Positions 25,973-34,093 of a DNA stretch of 64,000 nt are shown one piece after another. The stretch's first letter is position 1. Each line of letters opens with the position of its first letter. The notes beneath the pieces were generated by a model that ran no database searches, was not told where the DNA came from, and worked only from the letters and a program-made list of their open reading frames with translations. The translations under genes were made by a program, and so were the position numbers. The stretch comes from Acidobacteriota bacterium (GTDB taxonomy: Bacteria; Acidobacteriota; Terriglobia; Terriglobales; SCQP01): assembly GCA_027459505.1 (NCBI GenBank), contig DAIDIE010000021.1, positions 92,504-156,503 on the forward strand, given 5' to 3'.

Positions 25973-27088
25973 ATGAGCCAGGTTCGAGTTCTTGTCGGCA
26001 CCCGCAAGGGCGCCTTTATCCTCAGCGCCGACGGCAAACGCAAAAACTGGGAGGTGCGGGGCCCCTTCTTCGGAGGCTGGGAAATGTACCACCTCAAGGG
26101 CTCTCCCGCCGACCCCAACCGGATCTACGCCTCGCAATCCAGCGGCTGGTTCGGGCAACTGATTCAACGTTCCGATGATGGCGGCGAGAGCTGGAATCCG
26201 GTGGGCAACAAGTTTGCCTATGATGGCGTAGCCGGCACCCACAAGTGGTATGACGGCACCCCTCACCCCTGGGAGTTCAAGCGCGTCTGGCATCTGGAGC
26301 CGTCATTGACCGATCCCGACACCGTTTATGCCGGGGTAGAAGACGCCGCCATGTTCAAGACCACCGACGGCGGCCAGACCTGGGCGGAACTGCCCGGCCT
26401 ACGCGGCCATGGCAGCGGGCCCAACTGGCAACCCGGCGCCGGCGGCCTCGGGCTGCACACTATCGTGCTGGACCGCGCCAACCCCGGACGCATCTACATC
26501 GCCATCTCCGCCGCCGGAGCGTTTCGCAGCGACGATGACGGCGCCTCCTGGAAGCCGATCAATCGCGGTCTGCGCTCCAACTACATTCCCGATCCCGAGG
26601 CGGAAACCGGTCATTGCGTGCACCGCATCGCCATGCATCCCAGCCGTCCCCAGACGCTGTTTATGCAGAAGCACTGGGACGTGCTACGCACCGACGATTG
26701 CGGCGAGTCCTGGCGCGAGGTTAGCGGAAACCTGCCCACCGATTTCGGCTTTGTCGTGGACGTGAACAGCAACGAACCCGAAACCATTTACGTGGTGCCC
26801 ATCAAAAGCGATTCGGAACATTACCCCATGGACGGACAGCTTCGCGTTTATCGCAGCCGTACCGGCGGTGATGAGTGGGAGGCGCTCAGCAAGGGCTTAC
26901 CGAAGAATAACTGTTACGTGAACGTACTGCGCGAGTCCATGGCAGTCGATCAGATGGACCCCTGCGGCGTCTATTTCGGAACCACCGGCGGCCAGGTTTA
27001 CGCCTCTCCAGATGGGGGCGAAAGCTGGTCCGCGATTGTGCACGATTTGCCCGCGGTGCTTTCCGTCGAGGCGCAGACGCTGCCATGA
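25973..27088 (+). CDS. BNR/Asp-box beta-propeller protein (sialidase-fold, no signal peptide seen)
   Basis: 371-aa ORF with five Asp-box repeats: [32 protein letters not shown] and SPDGGESW. Confidence 0.8.
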   Translation: MSQVRVLVGTRKGAFILSADGKRKNWEVRGPFFGGWEMYHLKGSPADPNRIYASQSSGWFGQLIQRSDDGGESWNPVGNKFAYDGVAGTHKWYDGTPHPWEFKRVWHLEPSLTDPDTVYAGVEDAAMFKTTDGGQTWAELPGLRGHGSGPNWQPGAGGLGLHTIVLDRANPGRIYIAISAAGAFRSDDDGASWKPINRGLRSNYIPDPEAETGHCVHRIAMHPSRPQTLFMQKHWDVLRTDDCGESWREVSGNLPTDFGFVVDVNSNEPETIYVVPIKSDSEHYPMDGQLRVYRSRTGGDEWEALSKGLPKNNCYVNVLRESMAVDQMDPCGVYFGTTGGQVYASPDGGESWSAIVHDLPAVLSVEAQTLP

Positions 27089-27384
27089 TCCGGATCGGGT
27101 TGCCCGCTCACCTGCGCACGCTGGCACGCGTCGCCGGCGAAGTCGAACTCGATCTCACCGGCGCCGTGACAACCCGGCAACTGCTGGACGCGCTGGAGGA
27201 GGCCTACCCGGCGCTGCGCGGCACGATTCGCGACCAGGTCAGTTTTGAACGGCGGCCTTTTGTCCGCTTCTATGCCTGCGAGGAGGATCTCTCGCACGAT
27301 TCGCCGGACGCGGTGCTGCCGGAAACGGTACTGAACGGCAGTGAACCATTCTGGATCATCGGCGCCATCGCCGGTGGCGCATAA
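27085..27384 (+). CDS. MoaD/ThiS-like beta-grasp (ubiquitin-like) small protein ending in GGA
   Basis: 99-aa [49 protein letters not shown]...[15 protein letters not shown] overlap with the preceding BNR gene. Confidence 0.75.
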   Translation: MIRIGLPAHLRTLARVAGEVELDLTGAVTTRQLLDALEEAYPALRGTIRDQVSFERRPFVRFYACEEDLSHDSPDAVLPETVLNGSEPFWIIGAIAGGA

Positions 27385-27394
27385 TCCAAAGATC

Positions 27395-28438
27395 ATGTGC
27401 TTTCGCCGCGTGACTCTCTCACTCTCTTTTGTCCTGGTGCTGGCGGGTATCCGCCTATGGCCGCAATGCAGTGCCCGCCAGCAGTTCGGCAAGCTCGGCA
27501 ATTTCAGGCTGCAAAGCGGCGCGGTGATTCAAAACCTCCAACTCGGCTACCGCGTCTGCGGCAAGCTTAAGGGAGACGGCGTCAACGCGGTGCTCTTCCC
27601 CGCCTGGTTCAAGGGCATCTCCAAACAACTGCTCGCCCATATTGGCCCCGGACGTTTAGTCGATGACAGCCGCTATTACGTGATCGCGATTGATCCCATC
27701 GGGGATGGCATCTCGACTTCTCCATCCAACAGCGCCACCCAGCCGCGTATGCAGTTCCCCCGCTTCACCATGGCCGATATGGTGCACGCCGAACACCGTC
27801 TCGCCGTGCGAGTTCTCCACCTGCCCCACGTGCACGCGGTCATCGGCATTTCCATGGGCGGTTTTCAGAGCTTCCAATGGGCGGTGCAGTATCCCACCTA
27901 CATGGACGAGGTCATCCCCATTGAGGGCTCGCCGCGGCTGACCTCCTACGATCTTTTCAAGCTGCGCACGCAACTGGCCATAATCCGCGAATCCAGTCTG
28001 TGGGACGGCGGCAATTACAGCGGCAATCCGGTGCTGCCCGGCCTGGAGCAGTTTGACTTTCTCACCCTGACCACTCCCGCGCGCCGCGTGGAGCGCACAC
28101 CGAGAGGGCAAACGGCCGCGCTGCTGCGCCGCGTGGATCAACCGAGCGGCACCCCGTTTGATCTCAACGACTATCTGCGCGTGCAACAGGCGATCGCGAC
28201 CACGGATGTAGCCGCGCCCTTTGGCAAGAATATGATCCGCGCCGCCGCACAGGTCAAAGCGCGCATGCTGATCATCCCCAGCCGCCAGGACCACGCCGTC
28301 TTCCCTGGCCCGGCGGAACACTTCGCAAAACTGATTCACGCCCGCATTTACATGCTGACGGGCGATTGCGGCCACCTTGCGTTCGTCTGTCAGTCCGATC
28401 AATTGAGCCGGGTGGTTGGCAGGTTTTTAGCGAAATGA
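27395..28438 (+). CDS. Secreted alpha/beta hydrolase of the homoserine O-acetyltransferase (MetX) family, paralog 1
   Basis: Trimmed to the ATG at 27395 (MCFRRVTLSLSFVLVLAGIRLW, signal-like). It has the MetX-like LQLGYRVCGKL...NAVLFPAWF and the nucleophile elbow GISMGGFQSFQWAVQYP. Confidence 0.8.
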   Translation: MCFRRVTLSLSFVLVLAGIRLWPQCSARQQFGKLGNFRLQSGAVIQNLQLGYRVCGKLKGDGVNAVLFPAWFKGISKQLLAHIGPGRLVDDSRYYVIAIDPIGDGISTSPSNSATQPRMQFPRFTMADMVHAEHRLAVRVLHLPHVHAVIGISMGGFQSFQWAVQYPTYMDEVIPIEGSPRLTSYDLFKLRTQLAIIRESSLWDGGNYSGNPVLPGLEQFDFLTLTTPARRVERTPRGQTAALLRRVDQPSGTPFDLNDYLRVQQAIATTDVAAPFGKNMIRAAAQVKARMLIIPSRQDHAVFPGPAEHFAKLIHARIYMLTGDCGHLAFVCQSDQLSRVVGRFLAK

Positions 28439-28470
28439 TTGAAGATATCCACATTCCTTAACGAGGCGCC

Positions 28471-29496
28471 ATGTATCGACGTTGGATCCGCACCCTAGCT
28501 GTTTCGCTGCTGCCCGCATCTCTTTTCGCCGCCGGCGGCTGCACCGCACCGCAACAATTTGCGCAGCTCGGCAATTTTGCGCTGCAAAACGGCAAGACCA
28601 TTCAAAATCTGCGGCTCGGGTACCGCATCTGCGGCCAGCTCAAGCCGGACGGCTCCAACGCTATCCTCTTCCCCGCCTGGTTTACCGGGCGCAGCGAACA
28701 ATTGCTGGGGCTGGCGGGAGATCAGGCACTGGTCAGCGATAAGCGTTACGCGATCGTCTTTATTGATCCGATTGCCGACGGGGTCTCCACCTCGCCATCC
28801 AATAGCGCTTCGCAACCTCGCATGCAGTTTCCGCGCTTCACCATGGAGGACATGGTTCACGCCGAGCATCGCCTGGCGACCAGGGTGCTGCACCTGCCGC
28901 ATGTGCGCGCCGTAATGGGCATCTCCATGGGAGGCATGCAGACATTTCAGTGGATGGTCTCCTATCCGCGCTACATGTCAATGGCAATTCCCATCGTGGG
29001 TTCACCGCGGCTGACGGCTTTTGACCGGATGCTGTGGAGCACTGAAATTGGCGTGATCCGGCAGACGCCGGGCTGGAACAACGGCAACTACCAGAGCAGC
29101 CTCAACCTCAGCCTCCTGGACCAGATCCACAACATGTTCCTGCGGACACCAGCCTGGTACGCCACTCACCCGTTCACGCCCACACCACAGGCGCACAAGG
29201 TGTTCGACGCCAATGACTGGATCCGCCAGGCGCAGGCCATGCTGTCGCTCAACGTTGGCGGCCCATACGGCAATCATCTGGCGGGCGCGGCAGAGCGGGT
29301 CAAGGCGCGGCTGCTGATCGTGCCCTCCAAACAGGACCACATGGTCAACCCACTGCCCGCCGAACGTTTCGCCAACCTGACCCATGCCCGGGTTCTACTG
29401 CTCACCAGCGATTGCGGGCACCTGGCGAACGGCTGCCAGCAGCCGCTGATCCGCGCCGCCGTGGCCCGCTTCCTGGCTACGCCACCAAAGAAGTAG
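28471..29496 (+). CDS. Secreted/lipoprotein alpha/beta hydrolase of the MetX family, paralog 2 (tandem duplicate)
   Basis: 341-aa ORF collinear with paralog 1 along its length, with the motif GISMGGMQTFQWMVSYP. The N-terminus LLPASLFAAGGC resembles a lipobox. Confidence 0.8.
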   Translation: MYRRWIRTLAVSLLPASLFAAGGCTAPQQFAQLGNFALQNGKTIQNLRLGYRICGQLKPDGSNAILFPAWFTGRSEQLLGLAGDQALVSDKRYAIVFIDPIADGVSTSPSNSASQPRMQFPRFTMEDMVHAEHRLATRVLHLPHVRAVMGISMGGMQTFQWMVSYPRYMSMAIPIVGSPRLTAFDRMLWSTEIGVIRQTPGWNNGNYQSSLNLSLLDQIHNMFLRTPAWYATHPFTPTPQAHKVFDANDWIRQAQAMLSLNVGGPYGNHLAGAAERVKARLLIVPSKQDHMVNPLPAERFANLTHARVLLLTSDCGHLANGCQQPLIRAAVARFLATPPKK

Positions 29497-30062
29497 CTGA
29501 TTGAACGGTAAACTTGCATCCCAAGTTCAGCAGAATCCGCAACGGCTGCGCGGACTGCTCCACGCCGCTGAACCCCGCTTGCTCGCTCTCGCCGGGCCAC
29601 ACCGGCGCGCCGGCCGGGGGCAAGCGGTCCTCTTCGCAACCTTAGTGGATTCAGCACTGAACAATCACTGGCTGCGGGTACCGGCGCATGATCCTCACGT
29701 ACCCCGAGCTGGGCGGTTACGGCGATGCCGCAGCGGTGCTGTTGCGGGTTTATGTCCGCCAGTGCTGGAGCGCAAGGGGGACCGTTTCGTCAAATCGCCT
29801 TCGGTCCACTGTACCGTCAGGACGCCGGCGTGAACACATTTTCGGGTACAGTTAAAGCGTGCATGTCGCGATCAAACTTGCGGAGGCGGCGTAACCCTCA
29901 ATTGCTGCCCTGGCTGCTCACCGCCCCGTCGCTTCGATCCTCCGCGGGGAGATGATTGGGGGGGGCGCACCGATCTCACCTCACTGCCGCTCAGCCCGCC
30001 GGCAGCGTTCCGCGCGCTTGTCCCGCACAGCGATCTTCCAGCTGAGCGCATGGATTCAGAAT

Positions 30063-30244
30063 CAGCCAGACCCGAGTCGAACTGATTTCGAGTTCGAGAT
30101 CGCAGGCCGAAGTGAGCCGGTTGCCCTTCAGGTCCCGCACCTCTGGCGACTCGTCAAACCCGGTGAGCCGCTAGTCAAACCCGGTGAGCCGAGTGTGAAC
30201 CTCGGCCGGTGTCCAAGCGGCTGGCAAAAAGGGGGCCGTGCCGC
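30063..30244 (-). repeat. Structured intergenic element, family 1, diverged copy F (only copy in minus orientation)
   Basis: The reverse complement reads AGCGGCACGGCCCCCTTTTTGCC...GTCGCCAGAGGTGCGGGACCTGAAGGGCAACCGG...CTTCGGCCTGCGATCTCGAACTCGAAATCAGTTCGACTCGGGTCTGGCTG. It contains an internal 21-nt tandem duplication (30153-30170 and 30174-30191). Confidence 0.8.
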
Positions 30245-30312
30245 TTTGAGAAGGGCGAGGTGGGGTGGACCGGTTCCGAAGCGGGAGCGGGCGCGACTGA
30301 AAGGTTTTACGA

Positions 30313-31560
30313 ATGGCGACCAAAGTAGTGACGTTCGTTCTTGCTGGCGGCGCCGGGAATCGGCTCCTGCCCCTCACGGAAGATGGAGCAAAGCCGGCCG
30401 TGCCGTTCGGAGGCAGATACCGGATCATCGATTTCGCGTTGAGCAATCTGATCAACTCTGGCCTGTGCTCGATTTACGTTCTCGTGCAATATCGGAGCCA
30501 TTCGCTGTTGCGGCATTTACGCGACGGCTGGCAGTTCGGCGGGCTTCTCCAGGAACAGTTCATCATTCCCGTGCCCGCGCAGATGCGGACGGAAGACGAT
30601 TTCTGGTACCGCGGGACGGCCGACGCCATTTATCAAAACCTTTCCCTGCTTGACGTTCCGGAAGACGGACTGGTAGCAATTTTCAGCGCGGATCATATCT
30701 ATCGAATGAATATCCGGCATATGATCGACTTCCACGAGCGGATGGGTGCGGATGTGACCGTGGCGGCCATCCCGGTCCCGCAGCACATGGCAACCGCCTT
30801 TGGCGCCATTGAAGCTGATGCGAGCGGGGCCATCCACGGCTTTCACGAAAAGAGAGAGAGCGCGCCCTCAATCCCTTCCGACCCCGGAATGATCTATGCC
30901 TCCATGGGCAATTATGTTTTTACTGCCAAGGCCTTATACCGGGAGTTGCAGGCCAATGCCGAACGGCCAAGCAGTCAGCACGATTTTGGGCGAGACATCC
31001 TGCCGCAAATGGTGGGGCGCTACAATATGCGCGCCTACGATTTTCGAACGAATGAGATCCCTGGCGAACCCGTTCCGGCGCCGGCGTATTGGCGTGATGT
31101 GGGCACACTTGACGCCTATTACGAGGCCCAAAGGGACTTGTGCGGCCCGCTGCCTTTGCTCAACCTTTATAACCCGCGTTGGCCGATTCGGACGGCGAGC
31201 TACCCGGATCCCAGTGCGAAGTTCACGATTGACGAGCATGGCCGCCCTGGCCGTGCCACCGGCTCAATCGTTTCCGGCGGATGCATCCTGTGCGGCGGCT
31301 CGGTAACCGGGTCTGTCCTGGGCCGCAATGTCAGGATTCAATCGGAGGCGAGCGTTGAAGACTCCATTCTGTTCGACAACTGTACCGTGGGAGCCAGAAG
31401 CGTGATCAGGCGCGCGATCATTGACGAGGGGGTCCAGATCCCTGAAGGAGTGTCGGTCGGGGTTGACCGCGCCGCGGACGTGTCGCGCTATCCCATCACG
31501 AACGCCGGCGTTGTTGTCGTCACAAAAAAGGCAATTAACACCAGCGGCGGGGCGGGCTAG
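30313..31560 (+). CDS. glgC: Glucose-1-phosphate adenylyltransferase
   Basis: 415-aa ORF: VLAGGAGNRLLPLTEDGAKPAVPFGGRYRIIDFALSNLINSG...VLVQYRSHSL, with a C-terminal left-handed beta-helix region. Confidence 0.92.
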   Translation: MATKVVTFVLAGGAGNRLLPLTEDGAKPAVPFGGRYRIIDFALSNLINSGLCSIYVLVQYRSHSLLRHLRDGWQFGGLLQEQFIIPVPAQMRTEDDFWYRGTADAIYQNLSLLDVPEDGLVAIFSADHIYRMNIRHMIDFHERMGADVTVAAIPVPQHMATAFGAIEADASGAIHGFHEKRESAPSIPSDPGMIYASMGNYVFTAKALYRELQANAERPSSQHDFGRDILPQMVGRYNMRAYDFRTNEIPGEPVPAPAYWRDVGTLDAYYEAQRDLCGPLPLLNLYNPRWPIRTASYPDPSAKFTIDEHGRPGRATGSIVSGGCILCGGSVTGSVLGRNVRIQSEASVEDSILFDNCTVGARSVIRRAIIDEGVQIPEGVSVGVDRAADVSRYPITNAGVVVVTKKAINTSGGAG

Positions 31561-31619
31561 GAGCCGGCGCCGATCTCCCGGCGGGGGCACGACGGCCATT
31601 GGCGGTCGCGGAAACTCAC

Positions 31620-33191
31620 TCAGTGCGTCTGCGTTTTGATCTGAAAAAGGTCCAGTGCCGGAGATGGTGTACTGAGTCCCGGCGCCCACTGCGGGAAGGG
31701 CAGATCCGGCATGGGTTTAGCTTGGAAAAACCGGCGGCATAGGCGCGCGGTCCAGCGTGCCCGGCGCTTGGACCTTTCAGAGCGGGCACTGTCGGTGGAG
31801 ATGCCGCTTTCAGCATACATCTGCCGGTAGAGCTTCGAAATGATGATAAAGGCGAGGCGGGAGCGCATATTAGGTGCGCAAGCGGAACGCTTCCAGATGA
31901 CCTTCCAGCCATAGAACTTGTCCCACGCCCACTGCGTCCGCGCGCGGATCTCGTCGGAGGTCATGGACGGATGCGGGGTGAACATCTTGGGACGGACCGC
32001 GATAGGGATAAGCCAGTAGCGGGTAATGGGCACGTCGTGAACCATGGCCGGCGAGGTGGACTGCTCCTTTTCCCAGCGGGTAAAGTCGACGGTGCCGGGA
32101 AACGGAGTCATCATGACGAACTGCGCGAAGGTCACACCGGCCCGGACGGCCATATCGACGGTGGCACCGAATGTGGAGGGTTTGTCGGTCGGCAGACCGA
32201 AGATGAATGAACCGAGCACATGAACGCCGTACCGCCTGAAGGTCTGGAGCTGGGAGGCCAGTGCATCGCCAGAGCAGTTCCAGTCTTTGAAGACGGCTTT
32301 GAGTCCTTCTGGGGTTACCGCTTCCACCCCCACCAGGGCACCTTTGATGTTGGCCCGGCGCATTGCTTCGAGGTACGCGACATCTTCACCCGCCTCCATG
32401 GTGATCTGGGTGAAGAAGACCATATCTTTTGGCAATTTCGCGAGTTCGGCCATTAGATGGAAGCGGTCAGCACGGATCGCAGTGAGCTCGTTGAGGCGAG
32501 CGGTGTTGTTCTGCTCGCGCGCCAAGCGAAGGTCAGTAAGCGTGACGGGGTAGAAATTGTCGTCAGCAAGCGCGATGTAGCGGAAGCCGATGCGGCGCAA
32601 GGTGACGATCTCGTCGATGACGGTTTGGTAATTTCGCTGTCGCGGCTGCTGCCCGTCAGTGCGCCACACGCTGCAGAAGGAGCAATGCTTGGGGCATCCG
32701 CGGGTGGTTTGCACCGAAGCCCACATATAGCGATTGGGCTGAATCAGATCCCAGCGGGCAGGCAGGAACTCATCTCCGGAGATGCGGCCACCATCGTAGA
32801 ATTTGGCGGGCCCGCCAGCAAGGCAATCTCTAACGACTGTGGCCCAGACGAGGTCGCCATCGCCCTTGACAACGGCGTGAGCGTGTCCTCGTTCAAGTGC
32901 TTCCTCCGGAAACAGGGAGGCGTGGATGCCGCCGTAGACGACCCATGCACCGCGTTGCCGCGCCATGCGGCCAACCGCATATCCGCGCAAAGCATTGCCT
33001 GTATGGATACTAATGCCGACAATATCTCCGGGCTGCACCGTGGCGTCGTCGATACGCTCCAACGATTCATCCACCAAGATTGGATCGCCGACTGTGGCCG
33101 GCGTGGCAGCCGCCAGAACAAACAGCCAGCGTGGCGTGATTACGGCAGCGCCAAACGAATTATCACTTGGATTTACAAGATGAACTCTCAT
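31620..33191 (-). CDS. B12-binding domain radical SAM protein
   Basis: 523-aa ORF. It has an N-terminal cobalamin-binding-like Rossmann segment (DIVGISIHTGNALRGYAVGRMARQRGAWVVYGGIH) and a radical SAM cluster motif, TRGCPKHCSFCSV. Confidence 0.85.
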   Translation of the reverse strand: MRVHLVNPSDNSFGAAVITPRWLFVLAAATPATVGDPILVDESLERIDDATVQPGDIVGISIHTGNALRGYAVGRMARQRGAWVVYGGIHASLFPEEALERGHAHAVVKGDGDLVWATVVRDCLAGGPAKFYDGGRISGDEFLPARWDLIQPNRYMWASVQTTRGCPKHCSFCSVWRTDGQQPRQRNYQTVIDEIVTLRRIGFRYIALADDNFYPVTLTDLRLAREQNNTARLNELTAIRADRFHLMAELAKLPKDMVFFTQITMEAGEDVAYLEAMRRANIKGALVGVEAVTPEGLKAVFKDWNCSGDALASQLQTFRRYGVHVLGSFIFGLPTDKPSTFGATVDMAVRAGVTFAQFVMMTPFPGTVDFTRWEKEQSTSPAMVHDVPITRYWLIPIAVRPKMFTPHPSMTSDEIRARTQWAWDKFYGWKVIWKRSACAPNMRSRLAFIIISKLYRQMYAESGISTDSARSERSKRRARWTARLCRRFFQAKPMPDLPFPQWAPGLSTPSPALDLFQIKTQTH

Positions 33192-33539
33192 TGGCGAAGA
33201 CCCTTTCTCGATCTGGCGAACAGGGCAGCGCCACTACTTCGGCAACATGCTCCCCATGGGAAAAGACTCTCCGCCAGCATTTCCATGAGGCTGAGCTTAT
33301 CATCATTATTGATTCCCACGAGGTGAGCCGAGTGCCGAAGGGGACGGAATCAATCATCTTGCCGCCGCGCACCGCAGTAAATGTGAGTGAACCCCGGGGG
33401 CTGCCGCAGAACCATATTGAGGAACAAAGGTATCGATGCAGAAGCTCCAGTTCAGGTTGCCGTTGGCGGGTGTACGCTCAGCGCCGCAGCCGCTCATCTC
33501 AGGATTGGAACCGGTTCGATCTCACTGCCGTTCAAGCTG

Positions 33540-33731
33540 GATGTCCAGACAAAGAATCCGCCAGAACTGCTCACTTCTCTTCGCTTTCCCAGATGCCTGT
33601 GCAAGCAACTCAGGGTCGCCGACCTCATTGAACGCATGTTCGTGGAGGTTCGGCGCAGAACCCGGCCCGTGGTCCGCTGCTTCGATATCGACTGCGCTGA
33701 CCGGATGCTTTTCTCGATCTTGCGCCGCTAG
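33540..33731 (+). pseudogene. 3' fragment of an IS256/Mutator-family transposase
   Basis: The frame of ORF 33387..33731 ends ...PPELLTSLRFPRCLCKQLRVADLIERMFVEVRRRTRPVVRCF. This matches the conserved C-terminal IS256 pattern (..LLtFfdFP..hw..lRTtN.IErlf.E.RRRTrvv..F). No intact upstream transposase body is present. Confidence 0.6.
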
Positions 33732-33738
33732 GAGCTAA

Positions 33739-33950
33739 GCGGCACGGCCGCTTTTATTCCACCCGCTTCGGTGTCCGGCCCCACCCCACGCCCCGCGGCG
33801 CGGCGTGGGGACTCCGGCCGAAGCTCACGGATGGTGGCCGCGCTTTACTAGTCGCCAGCGGTGCGGGACCTAAAGGGCAACCCCGGATCTTCGCTACGAC
33901 TTCGGCCTGCGATTTCGAACTCGAAAGCAGTTCGACTCGGCCCTGGCTCG
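33739..33950 (+). repeat. Structured intergenic element, family 1, copy D (core + optional hairpin 1 only)
   Basis: Identical termini to copies A-C. Hairpin 1 variant is CCCCACGCC...GGCGTGGGG, and module 2 is absent (CTTTACTAG directly joined to TCGCCAGCGGTGCGGG, as in copy A). Confidence 0.9.
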
Positions 33951-34093
33951 TTACGCGCAGCCGCACTCTCTGTTTTTTTTACACAAGCTGCTAAACATCA
34001 CTTTCACGGCGCCTCATAGCCCCGCTTACAAAAAGGGTCTAGACTTGGCGTAGGTGTTGGGGTGTTCGAACGCCCAGGGCCTTAGGAGTAAGC

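Noticed and set aside
29497-30062. Possible gene or pseudogene in the long non-coding stretch after the second hydrolase
   Set aside because: All six frames give only short, Arg/Pro/Ala-rich ORFs without recognisable motifs. I could not support any coding call. It may still hide a degraded gene detectable by a blastx-type search.
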